A DNA stretch of 64,000 nucleotides from positions 191,766,001 through 191,830,000 of the forward strand of contig OZ360220.1 in the NCBI GenBank assembly GCA_977017645.1. Reading direction: 5' to 3'. Shown piece after piece: positions 59,326 to 64,000 of this stretch (the first letter of the stretch is position 1; each line of letters opens with the position of its first letter). The translations under genes and the position numbers were made by a program. This DNA is from Torpedo marmorata (taxonomy: Eukaryota). The notes beneath the pieces were generated by a model. That model made no database searches, had not been told where the DNA came from, and was given only the letters and a program-made list of their open reading frames with translations.

Positions 59326-62169
59326 ACCAGTATTTATTGCTTATGTGAAATTCTATTTTAGATTTCACTTACAATAACTATTGCTAGAGAACCTTTGGCT
59401 TCCAAAAGGAGCATCATGACAAGCTCATCTGGTTTATGAGGGAAATGGATCTTCCTGCTTTTGAAATTTTTTAATAGCAAACTAGATTACTAATTATGCT
59501 TTATTTTGTTTCACTTTGTTGAGAAGATATCCACTTGCTTCAAGGGGGAAATATGCAGTTACACAGGAAAGAGCAGGTGTCGGTTGGGTAAATAGAGAAA
59601 ATGAAGCAGGAGCAGGCATTAAGATCCCAACCCTGCTCTGGCATTCAGGAAGATTGACCAATGATCTCATCCCCATCTCTTGATGCTCCAAAAATGTATT
59701 GATGTCAGCAATGGAGGAGCTCAACGGGAGAGAACAGCAAATATTTGCAGCCATCAGTGTAAAACATTTTTCTCTTCATGGCCAACCAGTAAACTAAATG
59801 GCCAACTCCTTACCTTGAGACCATAACCCTAGGCACTCTACAGTCTGAGAGCATAGGCTGTCACAGTATACATCCTGGTCACTGCACTCAGTATAGAATG
59901 TTTCAATGGAAGCAACTCTTGGATTTAATTGAATTAATTGTCATGTGTGCTGAGATTCAGTGAAAATCTTTGTTTTGCTTGCTATCCAAGCAAGTCAACC
60001 CATAAAAATAAATCCATACAGGTAGTGCAAAATAAAACAAAAGTGCAAAGTGTTACAGAGAAAAAGCTCAATGCAAGGATATCATCATTTATTAGTTCAT
60101 ATTCTTCTAATCAGTTTAAAATAGTCTAATAAGATAGCCTTTGAAATCGTGCCAACTGGTTTGAGCTGTAAGATTATATGGTCATTTGAATATTTTCAGC
60201 TGGGTTTGGATAAAAGGCCTTGTGCGGAATGAAAATCAAGGTCTCTGGGGCAGGCAGGAGCTCCGTTAAAGTTTTAAAACCTGATATAAATTCACAGCTT
60301 CATCTCCAACAGACCCAATCCAAGCGATTAACCAAGGCTGTATCTATCATCACTCTAACCCTCTCTTCGCAGCGCAATATTGCACCTTATCTCCAACAAC
60401 TTGTGTGAGATTCATCTACAGGATGAATGTGAAACTCTTCAACCACTGTTGCATCTGCCCCAGAACTATCATCACCCCAAATTCAGACCGATCAGCAGAA
60501 TGTAGACAATGCTTGGGTATATGCATACCCAGAGGCTGAGTGCCAAGATATCACCGTCTTATTCACTGAGAAAATAGATCTTATCCAAAACAGCTATAAG
60601 ACAACCCTCCTCCATTGTACAACATCACCAATATTGTGGTACTTTCAATTTATACTATTGTTGTTGGTGTATCTTATGTACCTGTGTGGCTGCAGGAAAT
60701 AAGAATTATGGTGCATCTGTATTGTATTTACGTGTATGACAATAAAGCTCACACATAATAAAGGTTCACAGTGAAACTTTGGGATATGTGAATCACTTTT
60801 CATATCTAGGCAGCCACCTCTCAGCAAAGGTCGACATAGATGATGAATGTTGCCTCTCCCTCAGTGTGCTGTTGCAGCCTATAGCCATCTGAGGAAGAAA
60901 GTTTGTGAATGTCAAGACCTTAAACCCAGCATTGATCGGATGGTTTACTAGACAACATGGATCTCTTCCTTCTGGAATGCTGTGGGGACTTGAACAACTC
61001 CTGAGCACCTCAAGTCACTGAAGTGCTGTCTCTGCAAATCCTCCAATCAACTGGCAAGATAAGCGTCTCGATAAAGGGTCATGTTGACTGAACATTTCCA
61101 CCCATGGATGCTTCCTGACCCACTGAGTCCCTCCATCTCCTCATTGTTTGATCAAGGCTCCAGCATCTGCAGGTTTTTTTTTTCTCTGGCAGATAAGAGT
61201 ACCATCATGAATACCCTCTCCTAGGGCATCATCTTCAATTGCTTCTGGTGAGGACAGATACCACACCACCACTAAAGGATCATTTAGGACAAGAATTCAG
61301 GACCACAGTAGCAATTGGGACCTCCTCTCATTTTGTGACGAGAACACTTTTTTACCCAACCTGTTCTTCGACATTTCCAGAGAGACTGAGATTTCCAACG
61401 AAGGTTAAAAACTTGGTCTTTCATACCAGGAACTAGAGAAGGGTTTGTGATGTCAGTGGTTAACCTAGAGTATATATGGATTTAAGGAACAGTCTTGTGT
61501 CTGAAGTCTATTGACTAGCTTCCAACGTCTCTGAAATTGGAGTCACTTTTTGAGGGGGTGTCTTCTAATAGTTGGCTCAGGGGTTGTCTGTAATGCACAG
61601 CCGTGTTTACTGAATCCATGGTTGAAGTTGCAGATGGCAAAGCAATTCAAAAAGTGATTATAAGCAGGAATGTCATTTTCAATTCAATTATTAAATATAA
61701 TTAAAAACCTGCTCGTTAAATTCAAAATAACAAACACAATTTTGGAATATGATAATGGTATTTTGCACCTTCAACAAATTCTGTTCTTCTTTCTGGTCAT
61801 TGACAATAAAATGAGCAACTTAAAAGAGGCCATTTGACCCATCATATCCTGTTAGCTATTTGAGAGAACTTTCCACTGTCCAAATCCCCAGTTCCTTCCC
61901 CACAGCTCCACAAATGTCACATTTTCAGTTGTTTATCTAAAAACATTTTGAAAGTTTCCACTGCAAATTGTTAAATCCAAAGATACAGAAAGGTGCTAAT
62001 TGCTTTTAAACCAAAGGTTTTCTGGGGCATTACAGAGAGAAGTTGGGCTGACCATATTGCTGCCATCAGAAGTTTCAAGTTTATCGTCATATTATATCTA
62101 GTGCAGTGAGAAGAGTTTTGCCCCAAGCAGTCTCGCAAGCCAACTCTAACATTAAGCAATCCATAAAGA

Positions 62170-62345
62170 AAGTGCTGGAGGAACTCAGCAGTTGGCAGCA
62201 TCCATGGAAAGCAATAGACATTCGACTTTTAAGCATAAAACTTTGACAGTCTAATGCTTTCCACAGATGCTGCTTGACTCGCTGGGTTCCTCCAGCACTT
62301 GAGCATTGCTCCAGTTTTCCAGCATCTGCAGACATCTTGTTTACC
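62170..62345. repeat. Inverted-repeat element related to Penelope termini
   Basis: aagtgctggaggaactcagc..gcagcatc..tggaaagca pairs with tgctttcca..gatgctgc..gctgggttcctccagcactt. Confidence 0.6.
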
Positions 62346-62439
62346 ACCAACTCTAACTGTCATACAGCTGGACAAAGTAGGAGGGCAAGAGCACAGTTAC
62401 ATTTCAGAGTATAGGGTTAGGATGAAAAATATCAATTTG

Positions 62440-62775
62440 CATAAGGCAAGAGCAGCATGGTTGCACTGTGATGGTGTTCGTTCAGGACCCTGATGGCTGC
62501 TTGGAAGAAATTGTCTTTAAGCCTGTTGGTGCATGACTTCACACTCTTCATCCTTCCCTGTTGGTGGGAGGAGGGAGAAAAGAGTGGGTCCAGGCTGGGT
62601 TGGGTCCTTCAGTACATTGGCTGCCTTAACTAGGCAGCGGATGGTGTAGAGGGCGTTAATGGAGGAGAGGGAGGTTTGAGTGATGTTCTGAGCTGCATGC
62701 AGCACCTTCTGCAGCTTCTTCCAATCTTGAGCTGTGCATCCAGCTGGTATGGTTTTCATAATGCGCCTGTAGAAA
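62440..62775 (-). mobile_element. Old Rex1/Babar fragment
   Basis: KKLQKV..RCLVKAANVLKDPTQPG. Confidence 0.6.
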
Positions 62776-63598
62776 ATTTGAATAACAGAAGGGACTCACA
62801 TATAGACCAGGTTAAGGAAGGATAGCAGGTTTCCCTGAGTGTACCAGCTATCTTATAACACAGCCCATCGATGTCCTGGTCATCATTAGTGAGGATAACT
62901 TTACACTCAAATTATTATATTACCTGAATCCAAATCATTGGTCCAGATCTCTGGTCCGTAACAATCACAATGCTTCTGCATCCCCTACATTAAGAATAGG
63001 CAGAAGAAAGATGTTAAATCCAAAGATACAGTAAGCAATGCTTATATGAATCAGTGTTCCTGTCATTTGTCCCAACTTCAGATTATTCGTTTTACTACTC
63101 CATCTGGAGGTGCATTACAGATCACTTTCCCCCAGTTCTTCTGCCAACTTCTCAAAATCCATGCTTTCCATCACCTATAGATAAGCCATTAGAAGCAGTT
63201 TCTTATTTACCCAAACAAATACACTGGTATGGTGCATTCCTCTCTTAAGTCTCACTGCTCTGCTCTGAGAAGAACAGTTTCAGCTTCTGCAGTACCTCTC
63301 ATGTTAAAATGGTCTCTCACCCAGAACGATCCTGGTGTTTTTGCACCACAGCTCCTCCAAGGATATGATGAACATCATAACGTGCAGTATTTAGATGTGG
63401 GTGTAACATACCATACAGCACCTACCAGCAATATAGAAAGATTCAACAAAAAGTCTTGCATTTGTACTCTTTGCCTCTATTACAGGGGGTCTGGCAGTGG
63501 TGCCGGAGGATTCGAGGGTATCTCACGTTGTTCCATTCTTTAAAAAAGGCTCCAAAATTAACCCTGTAAATTATAGGCCGGTGAGCCTGATGTCAGTA

Positions 63599-64000
63599 CA
63601 GGTAGTCCTCGACTTATGACCATAATTGGGACCGAAGGATTGGTCGTAACTCGGGTTGGTTGTAAGTCGGATTCACCCTACCACGCATGTCTCAACGAGG
63701 TCTTAAAGCAATTTTTCAAAAACATTTTCAACAAATGAACCTTTAATGAAGAATCTCAACATATGTACAGTACAGTACCTTTAATAAAGATACTCAACAA
63801 ATGAACTTCAAGTAAATACTAAAGAATCTCAACATATATACAGTACTTTTAATACAAAATATGTACTGTACCTGTACAGTAGTTTTAATAAAGATTATCA
63901 AAATTTGAACTATAATCAGAAGTCTCTTCATCTGAACTTGATCCCATCACTGCACTTGTACGGTTCTTGGCTGTGGCTCCTCACAGTCTTCTTCTTCATG
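63599..64000. mobile_element. One end of a Tigger/pogo-like DNA transposon inserted in a CR1 RT fragment; runs off the window
   Basis: TA then caggtagtcctcgacttatgac TIR-like start; preceding frame VVPFFKKGSKINPVNYRPVSL is CR1-like. Other TIR not visible. Confidence 0.6.

Overview
Vertebrate genomic DNA, most likely a cartilaginous fish (ray/shark), judged from HE1-like SINEs, Penelope hammerhead-bearing repeats and Rex1/CR1/L1 families. It holds the last two coding exons of a CFAP95/C9orf135-like gene (+ strand, 2625-2685 and 37396-37575), separated by a ~34.7 kb intron packed with nested retroelements. There are four full-length Ty3/Gypsy elements with short 233-248 bp LTRs and 5-bp TSDs (two with intact single gag-pol ORFs and apparently identical LTRs), one solo LTR, a young non-autonomous BEL/Pao element, several Rex1/Babar, L1, Tx1 and RTE LINE pieces, SINEs and two Tc1/mariner-type elements. 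Main observations: (1) none of the Gypsy elements has a tRNA primer site; each carries a 12-14 nt leader segment complementary, with compensatory changes between copies, to its own LTR poly(A)-signal segment, suggesting self-priming and/or poly(A) occlusion; (2) the BEL/Pao element has replaced RT/RNaseH/IN with an in-frame coiled-coil segment resembling host MIPOL1, carries an N-terminal SAP domain and also has an LTR-complementary primer site; (3) YY1/ETS/CRE motif arrays are embedded in the Gypsy gag-protease linker; (4) one Gypsy family carries YLDN instead of YLDD. Protein identifications are from recalled sequences and motifs; no database search was run.
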